This document shows positions 16,277 through 26,638 of a stretch of 64,000 nucleotides of DNA, piece by piece; position 1 is the first letter of the stretch; each line of letters starts with the position of its first letter. Below the pieces are notes generated by a model. The model was given only the letters and a program-made list of their open reading frames with translations, made no database searches and was not told where the DNA came from. Where the stretch lies: contig CAVVYB010000015.1 of assembly GCA_963752405.1 (NCBI GenBank), forward strand, positions 279,664-343,663, written 5' to 3'. The translations under genes and the position numbers were made by a program. This DNA is from an uncultured Gaiellaceae bacterium (GTDB taxonomy: Bacteria; Actinomycetota; Thermoleophilia; Gaiellales; Gaiellaceae).

Positions 16277-17351
16277 TGTCCGCTTCGAGCAGGCAACGCG
16301 GATCTACCCGGGCACCGTCGTGCCGGCGGTGGACGCGCTCGACCTGGCAGATCGCGGACGGCGAGTTCGTCGTCCTCGTCGGTCCCTCGGGCTCCGGCAA
16401 GACGACCGCCCTCCGCATGCTCGCCGGCCTGGAGGAGGTCGACTACGGCTCCGTTCTGATCGGGGGCCGCGACGTCACCGACAGCCGCCGAAGAAGCGGG
16501 ACGTGGCGATGGTCTTCCAGAACTACGCGCTCTACCCGTATCTGACCGTGGCGGCGAACATGGCCTTCCCGCTCAAGATCGCTCACGTCAAGAAGTCGGA
16601 GCGCGAGCGTCGCGTTCGCGATGTCGCCGAGTTGCTCGGGCTGACGGAGTTTCTGGAGCGAAAGCCCGGCCAGCTCTCGGGCGGTCAGCGGCAGCGGGTG
16701 GCGATGGGCCGCGCGATCGTCCGCGAGCCGAGCGTGTTTCTGATGGACGAGCCGCTCTCGAACCTCGACGCGAAGCTCCGCGTGCAGATGCGCGCCGACA
16801 TCGCCGCGCTGCAGGCACGTCTTGGCGCGACGACGGTCTACGTGACGCACGACCAGTCGGAGGCGATGACGCTCGGGCACCGCGTCGCCGTTCTGGGCGG
16901 CGGGAAGCTGCAGCAGTGCGCCGCTCCGCGGGAGCTCTACGCCCGGCCGGTGAACACCTTCGTCGCCGGCTTCATCGGCTCGCCCGCGATGAACCTCTGC
17001 GTGATCCCGGTCGGCTCGAACGGCTCCGTCTCCTTCGGCGGCGTGCCGATCGAGCTTCCGGCCGAGGCGGCCGGCGGTGGTTGGCCGAGCGTCGTGGTCG
17101 GGCTGCGGCCGGAGTCGCTCGAGCTCGCGGCCGAGGGAGTTCCGGCAACAGTCCAGGTCGTCGAGGAGATCGGTGCCGACGCGTATGTCTTCTGTACCGC
17201 CGAGGTCGGAGGCTTCGAGACGAAGCTCGTGGCGCGCAGCGACGCTCGCCGCGTCCCCGGCCAGGGAGAGCGCGTGCACCTCCGACCCCAGGCGGGCGAG
17301 GCGCATCTGTTCCACCCCGAGTCGCAGGAGCGCGTCAAGCCGAACGAGTGA
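16269..17351 (+). CDS. sugar ABC transporter ATP-binding protein (MalK/MsiK/UgpC type; compensating frameshift pair)
   Basis: The Walker A segment [27 protein letters not shown] is in frame 1 (ORF 16276..16545). The rest is in frame 3: [53 protein letters not shown], plus a MalK-like C-terminal TOBE domain. Shifts near 16345 and 16490. Confidence 0.9.
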   Translation: MADVRFEQATRIYPGTVVPAVDALDLADRGRRVRRPRRSLGLRQDDRPPHARRPGGGRLRLRSDRGPRRHRQPPKKRDVAMVFQNYALYPYLTVAANMAFPLKIAHVKKSERERRVRDVAELLGLTEFLERKPGQLSGGQRQRVAMGRAIVREPSVFLMDEPLSNLDAKLRVQMRADIAALQARLGATTVYVTHDQSEAMTLGHRVAVLGGGKLQQCAAPRELYARPVNTFVAGFIGSPAMNLCVIPVGSNGSVSFGGVPIELPAEAAGGGWPSVVVGLRPESLELAAEGVPATVQVVEEIGADAYVFCTAEVGGFETKLVARSDARRVPGQGERVHLRPQAGEAHLFHPESQERVKPNE

Positions 17352-17398
17352 CAGCCTCAGAGAGTTGTAACGATTCGGTCAAACGAGGGTCGTAGCTC

Positions 17399-19647
17399 TT
17401 GTCGGCGAAGGGGGAAGCCGCCACCCTTTCCCTTGACGCTGTGCCCAGACGACTCCTCCTTCTCATAGGTCTTGCCCTCGCGCTGCCCGCGCCGGCCGCC
17501 GCGTCGGACGCGACGATCGTCTCTCGTGACGTCCCGCTCGGTGCGCAGCGCTCCCTGGCAGCCGGGCAGCCGTCTACGCACTTCAACCTCGTCGGGCTCC
17601 ACTGGCGCGGTCCCGGAACCGTCACGTTCAGGACCCGTTCGCTCTCCGGCCGCTGGAGCGGCTGGATGGACGCGGCGCCCGAGGCCGAGGACCAGCCCGA
17701 CGTGGGCACGGACGAGCGCGCCCGCCTCGCCTCCTGGCGGCTCGGGAACCCCTGGTGGGTCGGACCGTCCGACCGGATCGAGTACCGCCCGCGCGGCAAG
17801 GTCACCCGGCTGCGCGCCTTCTTCGTCTGGAGCCCGCCGGCGGGTGTGCCCGCCCGGACGCTCCAGAAGGCCGGCTCGCCGGCGATCATCCCTCGGAGCG
17901 GCTGGAACGCGGACGAGAAGATCAGACGCAGCACGCCGGCGTTCGCATCCGCGATCAGGCTCGCGGTCGTCCACCACACGGCCGGCGCCAACGGGTACAC
18001 CGCAGCCCAGTCACCCTCGATCGTGCGGGCGATCGAGCTCTACCACGTGAAGGGCAACGGCTGGAACGACATCGGCTACAACTTTCTGATCGACCGCTTC
18101 GGGACGGTCTTCGAGGGCCGGTTCGGCGGCATCGACCGCAATGTCGTCGGCGCGCACGCCGAGGGCTTCAACACCGGCTCGGTCGGCGTTGCGGTGATGG
18201 GCGAGTACAGCTCGCTTTCCGTCTCGGCGAAGGCGCGGGACTCCCTCGCGAAGCTGCTGGCGTGGCGCCTCGATCTCGCGCACGTCGATCCTGCGAGCAC
18301 GCTGTCGTTCATCTCCGGCGGCAACGCGCGGTTCCCGGCCGGCCTGCCGGTCTTCCTCCGCACGGTCTCCGGTCACCGGGACACCGGCTTCACGGACTGC
18401 CCGGGGACCGCGCTCTACAACCTGCTGACCACGATCGCCGGGGAAGTTGCGTCCACCGGCCTGCCGAAGCTCTATGCGCCCGTCGTCACGGGAGCGGTGC
18501 CCGGCGCCGTCCGGTTCAGAGCGCGGCTCTCGTCAGCGCTGCCGTGGACCGTCGAGGTCTACGACTCGGTCGGGAATCGCCTACGCGTCGACGTCCGGAC
18601 TCGGCGCGAATGTCGACTGGACCTGGGATGCGTCGCTGGCGCCGCCCGGGAGCTATTCGTACGCGATCCGTTCCGAGGACAACGTGACGCCCGCGATCGG
18701 GACGATCGGCGGGGGTGGTGGCGTGGGCGCCTTCACCGTCAGCGGCCTCGCCGCAGATCCCGAGACGGTGACGCCGAACGACGACACGGTTGCCGATCAG
18801 ACGACGATCACCTACACCCTCTCCGAGCCGGGAAACGTCACCGTGACGCTGCGAGACGTCTCCGGCGCAGAGGTGGCGAAGATCGCCAACAAGGCGTGGA
18901 AGCGTGCCGGCGAGCACGCGATTCGCTTCGACCCGGCCCATCTGCCGGACGGCGTGTTCCAGATCGAGATTCTGGCGACCGCGACCGGCGCGCGTCAGGC
19001 AACCGCTTCGACCGCAGATCGTGGTCAGCCGGACGCTTGGCAAGGTCACCGCTGCCCGGCTCGCGTTCTCACCCAACGCCGACGGCCGGGCAGATCGGAT
19101 CGGGTTCAGCTTCAACCTCGCGGCTCCGGCCCAGATCCGGCTGCGGATCCTCAAGCAGGGCAAGTGGGTCGCGACGCCCTTCAAGGGCCCACTCGAGCCT
19201 GGGGCACGGAAGCTCGAGTGGGACGGCGCCAAGCGGGTCGGTCGCTTGCTCGACGGCGAGTACGAGGCGGTCGTCGAGGCAATCGACGCGTTCGCGACCA
19301 CGACGGTCGCGGTGCCGTTCAGCGCCGACACGCGCGAGCCCAAGGTCAGGATCCTCCAGCGCAGCCCGCTGAAGCTCTGGCTCAGCGAGCCGGCGACCGT
19401 GACGCTGCGCTTCGGCACGCGGCGCCTGGTGTACAACGCCCTCGCCGTCGGCGAGGCGCGCGTCCTGAAGGCGCCGAAGCTGGGCCTCGTCAGGGCGGTT
19501 GCCTGGGACGCGGCGGGCAACAAGAGCAAGCCTGCCTCCCGGCGGGCGCTAGCTCTACACTCGCGCGGGTGCAACCGCCTGCGCGCAGATCCCGTCCAAT
19601 CAATCAGGACCTTCGGCCCGACCGCCCGCTGGTCTACGAGAAATTGA
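17399..19647 (+). CDS. secreted N-acetylmuramoyl-L-alanine amidase (PGRP/amidase_2 domain) with C-terminal FlgD-Ig-like repeats (two or more frameshifts)
   Basis: Signal peptide [22 protein letters not shown]. Amidase_2 core: [59 protein letters not shown]...[20 protein letters not shown]...[14 protein letters not shown]. The gene continues in 18447.. ([37 protein letters not shown]) and 18904..19647 ([30 protein letters not shown]). The true stop may be the TAG at 19550-19552, after one more shift. Confidence 0.8.
19570..19598 (+). promoter_or_regulatory. candidate ECF-type promoter upstream of the sigma factor gene
   Basis: TGCAAC (19570-19575), then a 17-nt spacer, then CGTC (19593-19596). 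This resembles the AAC-N16/17-CGT pattern of autoregulated ECF promoters and lies ~50 nt upstream of the TTG start. Confidence 0.3.
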
Positions 19648-20172
19648 GCGATCCGATTCTGGTGAAGAGAGCGAAGGACGGCGATGCGCGGGCGCTCGAC
19701 GCGCTCTGCGAGCGGCATGCGCCCGAGGGTGGAGCGGCTGGCCCATCACGTCCTCCGCGACCCGGAGGACGCGCGCGATGCGTCGCAGGAGGCGCTCGCC
19801 AAGCTCTGCGTCAAGCTGCGGCAGTTTCGGGGCGAGTCGTCGTTCTCGACCTGGCTGCACCGGTTGACGGTCAACGCGTGCCGGGACGTCGCCCAGCGCC
19901 AGGTTGCGCGCCGGTGCGAGCCGCTCGACGAGGACCGCCGCGAGGCACGCGACGGCGACCCGGCACGGGCGGCCGAGGCGTCCGAGCTTCGTGCCGAGCT
20001 CGGCGCCTGCCTGGCCGAGATCTCGCCCGCGCAGGCGAAGGTCGTCGTGCTCAAGGACGCGTTCGAGTTCAGCTTCGAGGAGATCGCGGGCGCCGAGGGA
20101 ATGCCGGTCGGAACCGCGAAGTGCTACGCCCACCGCGGCCGAAACGGGCTGCGCGAACGGCTTTCGGCGTGA
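19644..20172 (+). CDS. ECF-type RNA polymerase sigma-70 family factor (one frameshift near 19725)
   Basis: [27 protein letters not shown] (frame 3), then ORF 19684..20172: [26 protein letters not shown]...[16 protein letters not shown] (region 2) and [41 protein letters not shown] (region 4). Confidence 0.85.
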
Positions 20173-20180
20173 GACTGCCC

Positions 20181-20603
20181 ATGGACAAGGCCGCGATCGA
20201 GGCAATCCTCCCGCACCGCGATCCGTTCCTGCTGCTCGACGAGGTGACGGAGCTCAGCCCCGGCGCACGCGTGGTCGCCCTCAAGCTCGTCACGGAGGAG
20301 GACTGCGCGGGGCACTTCCCCGGAAACCCGATCATGCCCGGCGTGAAGATGGTCGAGGCGCTCGCCCAGGCGGGCGCGGTGGCGGTGCTCAGCGAGGAGG
20401 AGAACCGGGGCAAGATCGCCCTCTTCGCCGGCATCGACGACGTTCGCTTCAAGCGCGTCGTGCGGCCGGGCGACCAGCTGACGCTCGAGTGCGACCTCGA
20501 GACGGTGCGGGGCCCGATCGGCCGGGGCAAGGCGCGCGCGACCGTGAACGGAGAGCTCGCCGTGCGCGGCACCCTCACCTTCGCAGTGGACCGGTCGTCG
20601 TGA
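20181..20603 (+). CDS. fabZ: 3-hydroxyacyl-ACP dehydratase FabZ
   Basis: [55 protein letters not shown], in the frame of ORF 18447..20603. An alternative GTG start lies at 20169. Confidence 0.9.
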   Translation: MDKAAIEAILPHRDPFLLLDEVTELSPGARVVALKLVTEEDCAGHFPGNPIMPGVKMVEALAQAGAVAVLSEEENRGKIALFAGIDDVRFKRVVRPGDQLTLECDLETVRGPIGRGKARATVNGELAVRGTLTFAVDRSS

Positions 20604-21617
20604 TCGGCTCGGCCAACGGCAGGCGGATCGGAATCACCGGCCTCGGCGTCAACGTCCCGGACCGCGTCTTCACGAACAAGGATCTCGAGCAGTTCGTCGA
20701 CACGACGGACGAGTGGATCGTCGAGCGCACCGGGATCCGCGAGCGGCGGTTCGCGACCGAGGAGCAGGCGCTCACCGACATCGCGGCGCCGGCCGCGATC
20801 GCCGCCCTGGCCGACGGCGGGCGCCGACGCCTCCTCGATCGACCTGATCATCGTGGCGACGGTGACGCCGGACATGATGTTCCCGACGAGCTCTGCGCTG
20901 CTCGCCGACTCGCTCGGGATGCCGGACGCGGCGGCCTACGACCTACTCGCCGGCTGCACGGGCTTCATGTACGCCCTCGCCCAGGCCTACAGCATGATCT
21001 CCTCCGGCCTCTCGAAGCGTGCGCTCGTGGTCGGCGGCGACGTGCTCTCGAAGATCCTCGACTGGACCGACCGCTCGACGCTCGTCCTGTTCGGCGACGG
21101 CGCCGGCGCTGTCGTCCTCGAGCCGGTCGAGACGGGCGGTTTCCTCGGCTTCGAGCTCGGTGCGGACGGCGGCGGCGGCGACAGTCTCTGGCTGCCGGGG
21201 AGCGGCTCACGGCACTTTGAGAACGCCGACAAGCTTGTGAAGATGAACGGTCGTGAGGTCTTCAAGTTTGCGACACGCGTGATGGTCAGCTCCGCCTCGA
21301 AGGTGCTGGACGAGTGCGGGCTGACGGTCGACGACGTCGATGTCTACGTTCCGCACCAGGCGAACAAGCGCATCATCGACCACGCCGCCGGCAAGCTCGG
21401 GATCCCGGCGGAGAAGATCGTGGTCAACGTCGACCGCTACGGCAACACGTCGTCGGGCTCGATTCCGCTCGCCCTCGCCGATGCTGCTGCAGACGGCCGG
21501 CTGCACGAGGGAGAATTGGTGCTGATGACCGGAATGGGAGCGGGCCTCACCTGGGGCTCCGCGCTGATCGAGTGGACGTCCAAGTCTCAACTGGATCATA
21601 GAGAGGAAAGTCGCGTG
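20600..21617 (+). CDS. fabH: 3-oxoacyl-ACP synthase III FabH (frameshift near 20820; 3' end uncertain)
   Basis: GTG 20600 overlaps the fabZ stop. [41 protein letters not shown], then ORF 20853..: [16 protein letters not shown] (active-site Cys), [42 protein letters not shown]. No stop in frame before fabD (see the rejected items). Confidence 0.88.
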
Positions 21618-22535
21618 ACCAAGATCGCCTTCATGTTCCCGGGCCAGGGCTCGTACGAGGCCGGCATGGGACGGGACGTCGCCGAGGCCGTGCCTGAGGC
21701 GATGGCCGTCTACGAGGCCGGCAGCGCGGCCTCCGGGCTGGACCTCAAGCAGGTCTGCTTCCACGGCCCGGTCGAGGACCTGCTCGACACGAAGCTGCAG
21801 CAGCCGGCGCTCGTCACGACGAGCCTCGCGATCAACGCGGCGATCCGCGCGCACGGGATCGTGCCCGACTACGTGGTCGGCCATTCCGTCGGCGAGTTCG
21901 CGGCGCTCGGTGCGGCCGAGTCGCTCAGTGCGGCCGACGCGATCGGGCTCGTGCGGGAGCGCGGGATCGCGATGGCGGAAGCGGCGCACGCGCGCCCGGG
22001 CTCGATGGCCGCCATCCTCGGGCTCGCCGACGAGGTCGTCGAGGGCCTCTGCCGCAAGATCGCGAACGTCTGGCCGGCGAACTACAACTGCCCGGGCCAG
22101 ATCGTGATCTCCGGTGAGGACGACGCGGTCGGTGAGTGCTGCGTCGAGGCGGAGGAGGCCGGGGCTCGCCGCGCCGTTCGCCTGCGCGTGTCGGGAGCCT
22201 TCCATTCGCCGCTCGTCGAGAAAGCTGCCGACAAGCTCCGTCCCGCGGTCGAGAAGATCCACTTCGCCGATCCGCGCACGGCGTTCATGTCGACGGTGAC
22301 GGCGAAGCTCGAGGACGCGGGCCGGTATCGCGAGCTGCTCGTCGAGCAGCTGACGGCGCCGGTCAAGTTCACACAGGCTGCGCGCGAGCTCATCGGCAAG
22401 GGCGTGACGGTGTTCGTGGAGGTCGGCCCCGGCAATGTGCTCAGCGGTTTACTGAAGAGGATCGACAGGAGCGTGCGCACCGTCTCCGTCAGCAACATGC
22501 AGGAGTTGCGCGAGCTGGAGGAAACGCTTGCCTGA
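21615..22535 (+). CDS. fabD: malonyl-CoA:ACP transacylase FabD
   Basis: A GTG at 21615 follows a GAGAGGAAAG Shine-Dalgarno-like sequence. KIAFMFPGQGSYEAGMG, VVGHSVGEFAALGAA (GHSxG), NYNCPGQIVISG, VSGAFHSPL. Confidence 0.9.
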   Translation: MTKIAFMFPGQGSYEAGMGRDVAEAVPEAMAVYEAGSAASGLDLKQVCFHGPVEDLLDTKLQQPALVTTSLAINAAIRAHGIVPDYVVGHSVGEFAALGAAESLSAADAIGLVRERGIAMAEAAHARPGSMAAILGLADEVVEGLCRKIANVWPANYNCPGQIVISGEDDAVGECCVEAEEAGARRAVRLRVSGAFHSPLVEKAADKLRPAVEKIHFADPRTAFMSTVTAKLEDAGRYRELLVEQLTAPVKFTQAARELIGKGVTVFVEVGPGNVLSGLLKRIDRSVRTVSVSNMQELRELEETLA

Positions 22536-23256
22536 CTTCGCGTCCCTGGACGGGAAGACAGCGCTGGTCACAGGAGCATCTCGCGGAATCGGCCGTGCGA
22601 TCGCGACCGAGCTCGCGGCTGCGGGCGCGAGCGTCGTCGTCGGCTACCGGTCGGGGCAGCAGGAAGCCGAAGCGCTCGCGGCCGAGATCGGCGGCCGCGC
22701 GATCCAGGCGGACGTCTCGAGTCCCGACGACGCGCGGCGGCTCGTCGAGGAGGCCGGCGATCTCGACATTCTCGTCAACAACGCGGGGCTCACCCGCGAC
22801 GGCCTCCTGGCGCGGATGTCCGACGAGGACTGGCGAACCGTGATCGACACGAACCTCTCGTCCGTTTTCTACACCTGCCGCGCGGTCACGAGACCGATGA
22901 TGAAGAAGCGCGCGGGCTCGATCGTGAACATCTCCTCCGTCGTCGGCGTGCACGGGAACTGGGGCCAGACGAACTACGCGGCCTCGAAGGCGGGGATCAT
23001 CGGCTTCACGAAGTCGCTCGCCCGCGAGCTCGGCTCCCGCAACGTGCGTGCGAACGTGGTCGCGCCCGGCTACGTGAAGACGCAGCTCACCGACGTGCTG
23101 CCGGAGGACGCGACCGCGGCGATGCTGCAGAACACGCCGCTCGGCCGGCTCGGCGAGCCGGAGGACGTGGCCGGAGCGGTACGCTTCCTGTGCTCGGAAG
23201 CGGCCTCGTTCATTACGGGCGAGGTGCTGCTCGTCGACGGTGGACTGGGGATGTAG
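22528..23256 (+). CDS. fabG: 3-oxoacyl-ACP reductase FabG
   Basis: Intact 242-aa ORF. ALVTGASRGIGRAIA, LVNNAGL, NISSVVG...YAASKAG (SDR catalytic Ser/Tyr/Lys). Confidence 0.9.
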   Translation: MPDFASLDGKTALVTGASRGIGRAIATELAAAGASVVVGYRSGQQEAEALAAEIGGRAIQADVSSPDDARRLVEEAGDLDILVNNAGLTRDGLLARMSDEDWRTVIDTNLSSVFYTCRAVTRPMMKKRAGSIVNISSVVGVHGNWGQTNYAASKAGIIGFTKSLARELGSRNVRANVVAPGYVKTQLTDVLPEDATAAMLQNTPLGRLGEPEDVAGAVRFLCSEAASFITGEVLLVDGGLGM

Positions 23257-23260
23257 GTGG

Positions 23261-24513
23261 ATGACGAACGGCAGAAGACGCGTGGTCGTGACCGGGCTCG
23301 GCATGGTGTCGCCGCTCGGCAACGACGTCGAGTCCAGCTGGGAGAGCCTGATCGCGGGCGAGTCCGGCGCTGCCGACATCCAGCGGTTCGACGCGAGCGA
23401 GTTTCCCGTCCACTTCGCGTGCGAGCTGAAGGACTTCGAGCCCACGGAGTGGATGGAGCGCAAGCAGGCCCGTCGCATGGACCGCTTCGCGCAGATGATC
23501 GTCGCCGCCTCGCGCCAGGCGGAGTCCGACTCTGGGCTCGACATCGCCAAGGAGGCCGATCGCATCGGCGCGTCGATCGCGACCGGCATCGGCGGTCTCG
23601 GCGCCTTCCAGGACTGCTACCAGACGCTGATGGACCGCGGTCCCGACCGCGTCAACCCGTTCTCGATCACCGCGATCATCCCGAACATGGGCGCCGGCTG
23701 GGTCTCGATGGAGCTCGGCACTCGCGGCCCGCTCTCCTCCCAGTGCACGGCGTGCGCGGCCTCGAACATGGCGATCGGAGAAGGCGCGGACGCGATCCGG
23801 CTCGGCCGGGCCGACGCGATGATCTGCGGCGGCACCGAGGCCGGGATCACGCGCGTCGGCATCGCCGGCTTCGGCGCGATGCGCGCGCTCTCCCGCCGCA
23901 ACGACGATCCCAAGCGCGGCTCGCGTCCGTTCGATGCCGAGCGCGACGGCTTCGTGATGGGCGAGGCCGGCGGCGCCGTCGTGCTCGAGGAGCTCGAGCA
24001 CGCCAAGGCGCGCGGAGCGAAGATCTACGCGGAGCTGATCGGCTACGGCGTCTCGTCGGACGCGAACCACGTCACCGAGCCCGACCCGGCCGGCACGAAC
24101 CCGGCCCGGGCGATGAAGATGGCCTTCGGCGACGCGGGCATCGACCCCTCCGAGATCGGCTACATCAACGCGCACGGCACCTCGACGCCGCTCGGCGACA
24201 CGTCCGAGACGCGCGTGATCAAGCTCGCGCTCGGCGAGGAGAACGCCCGCAAGACGCCGATCTCCTCGACGAAGGGCGCCACCGGTCACTGTCTCGGCGC
24301 CGCCGGTGCGGTCGAGGCGATCTTCACGGTTCTGGCCACGCAGCGGGGCATCCTGCCGCCGACGATCAACTACGAGGTCGAGGATCCGAGCTGCGACCTC
24401 GACTACATCCCGAACGAGGCGCGAAAGGCGGACATCACCGTCGGCGTCTCGAACTCGTTCGGCTTCGGCGGCCACAACGCCTGCGTCGTGTTCCGCAAGC
24501 ACGACGCGAATGA
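23261..24513 (+). CDS. fabF: 3-oxoacyl-ACP synthase II FabF
   Basis: VVVTGLGMVSPLGNDVESSWESLIAG, TACAASNMAIGEG (active Cys), YINAHGTSTPLGD, SNSFGFGGHNACVVFRK. The ORF-track reading runs on into the next gene. The natural stop is most likely the TGA at 24511-24513 (ATGA overlap), reached after a shift in the last few codons. Confidence 0.9.
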
Positions 24514-24991
24514 CCCGGCCGATCGTCCGTCCGGCGTACGCCGGACGATGCCGCTGCCGTTGCTGCGATCTGGCGTGACGGCTGGCGCGACGGCCATCTC
24601 GGGCTGGTCCCGGACGCACTGGTCGCGGTGCGGACGGACGAGTCGTTCAGCACGCGCGCCGCACAACGCGTCGACGACACGACAGTCGCGGTCGTCGACG
24701 CGGAGGTGGCGGGCTTCGTGATGGTCGACGACGACGAGGTCGAGCAGGTCTACGTCTCCTCCCGTCACCGCGGCAAGGGCGTCGCCGACGTCCTCCTCGC
24801 CGAGGCCGAGCGGCAGGTGCGCGAGAACGGGCATGCGATTGCGTGGCTGGCCGTGGTCGACGGCAACGCCCGCGCGCGATCGTTCTACGAGCGGGCAGGG
24901 TGGAGCGACGACGGGCGCGTTCGACTACGCCGCCGCGGTCGAGGACGGGTCCTCCGTGACCGTCCCGTGTCGCCGCTACGTGAAGACCTAG
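24510..24991 (+). CDS. GNAT-family N-acetyltransferase (two frameshifts)
   Basis: MTRPIVRPAYA (ORF 24306..24578 frame), then ORF 24628..24999: VEQVYVSSRHRGKGVADVLLAEAERQVRENGHAIAWLAVVDGNARARSFYERAGW (GNAT motif A). The tail SSVTVPCRRYVKT* ends at the TAG at 24989-24991. Confidence 0.72.
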
Positions 24992-25477
24992 AGCCGTAGC
25001 TCGAGCAGGACGACGTCGCGCCAGACGCCGCCCAGCTCCCCGATTCGCTCACGCGTGCCGACCTCGCGGAAGCCGTGCGCGCGATGCAGCGCGAGGCTCG
25101 CCTCGTTCTCCGGGAAGACTCCCGCCTGCAGCGTCCAGAGGCCCCCTTCGCGGGCGCTCTGCGATCAGCGTCGAGAGCAGCGCCCGGCCGACGCCCCGGC
25201 CCGCGCGCGCGCTCGGCGACGTAGACGCTCTCCTCGCCGACGCCCCGGTAGACCGCCGCGGCTCGAGTACGGGAACGACTGCGATCCACCCGGCGACCTC
25301 GCCGTCGATCTCGGCGACGAATCGGTGCTCCGGCAGGTGCCGGGCATCCCAGTCCTCCCACGTCGGCACCGTCGTCTCGAAGGTGGCGTCGCCCGTCGCG
25401 ATGCCTTCCGCGAAGATCGCGGCGACGGCAGGCCAGTCCGAGGGAAGCAGAGGGCGCACGAGCACGAGATGATTCAA
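24988..25477 (-). CDS. GNAT acetyltransferase, phosphinothricin/methionine-sulfoximine acetyltransferase-like (three or more frameshifts)
   Basis: LVLVRPLLPSDWPAVAAIFAEGIATGDATFETTVPTWEDWDARHLPEHRFVAEIDGEVAGWIAVVPV (ORF 25049..25603), VYRGVGEESVYVAERARG (another frame), GVGRALLSTLIAER, then LWTLQAGVFPENEASLALHRAHGFREVGTRERIGELGGVWRDVVLLELRL*. TTG start at 25477. The 3' end overlaps the convergent GNAT gene by 4 nt. Confidence 0.72.
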
Positions 25478-25486
25478 TCGGGTCTG

Positions 25487-25973
25487 ATGGACTCGGTGAA
25501 CATCTACGGAGACGAGTGGACCGACGGGACGGAAGAGCCTGGGTTCCGCAACCGGGAACGGTCGCTCGGCGAAGACGCTCGGTGCCGAGAAGCTCGGCGG
25601 CACGATCTACCTGATCGAGCCGGGCCAGCGCATCTGCCCCTACCACTGGCACTTCGGCGAGGAGGAGTGGCTGCTCGTGCTCGAGGGGACGGTGGCGCTT
25701 CGAACGCCGGCAGGCGAACGTGAGCTCGCGCGCGGCGACGTCGTCGCTTTTCCGACCGGCCCCGATGGCGCTCACGACATTCGCGGGAGTGGGACCGAGG
25801 CTTCGCGCGTGTTGATGCTGTCGACGATGTCCGACCCGGAGATCTGCGTCTACCCGGACAGCGAGAAGCTCGGTGCATCCGCCGGGTTCTCGCGCAAGGA
25901 CGGCGCCCGCGCGCGCCTGCTCAACCGTGAGGCGGCGAACCTCCAGTACTTCGACGGGGAGCGGAGCGAGTGA
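25487..25973 (+). CDS. cupin-domain protein (one frameshift near 25575)
   Basis: MDSVNIYGDEWTDGTEEPGFRNRERSLG (frame 2), then IYLIEPGQRICPYHWHFGEEEWLLVLEGTVALRTPAGERELARGDVVAFPTGPDGAHD (ORF 25677..25973 frame, cupin HxH...E motifs). Confidence 0.7.
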
Positions 25974-26638
25974 CCCGCTGGGCGACGTTCGACTGCTACG
26001 GGACGCTGATCGACTGGAACGCCGGGATCGCCGGCGTCCTCGAGCGCCTCTTCGGCGCCGAGCGCACCCCGGACCTGCTCGCCCGCTACCACCGCCTCGA
26101 GCCCGAGGTCCAGGCCGAGACCTATCGCAGCTACGCAGAGGTGCTGACGCTGACGCTCGAGCGGCTCGTGTCGGAGACGGGCCTGTCGATCCCGGAAGGG
26201 GAGTCGGGCGCCCTCGTCCACTCGCTGCCGGAATGGCCGCCGTTCCGCGAGGTGCCGCAGGCACTCGCCGAGCTTCGCGAGCGCGGCTGGAATCTCGCCA
26301 TCCTCTCCAACACCGATCACGCGCTGATCGTCGAGTCCGAAAAGTCACTGGGCGCACCGATCGACCTCGTCGTCACGGCCGAGGACGTCGGCTCTTACAA
26401 GCCTGCGCACGGACACTGGGACCGTTTCTTCGAGCTGACGACCGCCGACCGTGAGCACCACGTCCACGTCGCGGCCAGCCTCTTCCACGATGTCGCTCCG
26501 GCGCGTGAGCTCGGGCTGACGATCGTCTGGATCAACCGGCTCGGGCGAGGAGCCCGAGCCGGAGCCCGACCGCGAGCTGCCCGACCTGTCCTCACTTGCC
26601 GGACACGCTCGACGAGCTCGTGCCCGCCACCGCGATGA
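25970..26638 (+). CDS. HAD-superfamily hydrolase, haloacid dehalogenase type II-like (frameshift cluster in the last ~90 nt)
   Basis: MTRWATFDCYGTLIDWNAG (DxYGTLxD motif I), LAILSNTD (motif II), SYKPAHGHW, HVAASLFHDVAPARELGL. The C-terminus EEPEPEPDRELPDLSSLPDTLDELV is spread over frames. The TGA at 26636-26638 overlaps the next ATG. Confidence 0.8.
   Translation: MTRWATFDCYGTLIDWNAGIAGVLERLFGAERTPDLLARYHRLEPEVQAETYRSYAEVLTLTLERLVSETGLSIPEGESGALVHSLPEWPPFREVPQALAELRERGWNLAILSNTDHALIVESEKSLGAPIDLVVTAEDVGSYKPAHGHWDRFFELTTADREHHVHVAASLFHDVAPARELGLTIVWINRLGRGARAGARPRAARPVLTCRTRSTSSCPPPR

Noticed and set aside
20600-22535. Apparent FabH-FabD fusion protein. ORF 20853..22535 runs from fabH into fabD with no stop.
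   Set aside because: The 40-nt linker (ACGTCCAAGTCTCAACTGGATCATAGAGAGGAAAGTCGCG) is low-GC with A/T third positions. It contains a Shine-Dalgarno-like GAGAGGAAAG before the fabD GTG. Removing one base would put a TGA in frame, overlapping that GTG (GTGA), as at other junctions. Given the pervasive single-base insertions, this is most likely an artefact.
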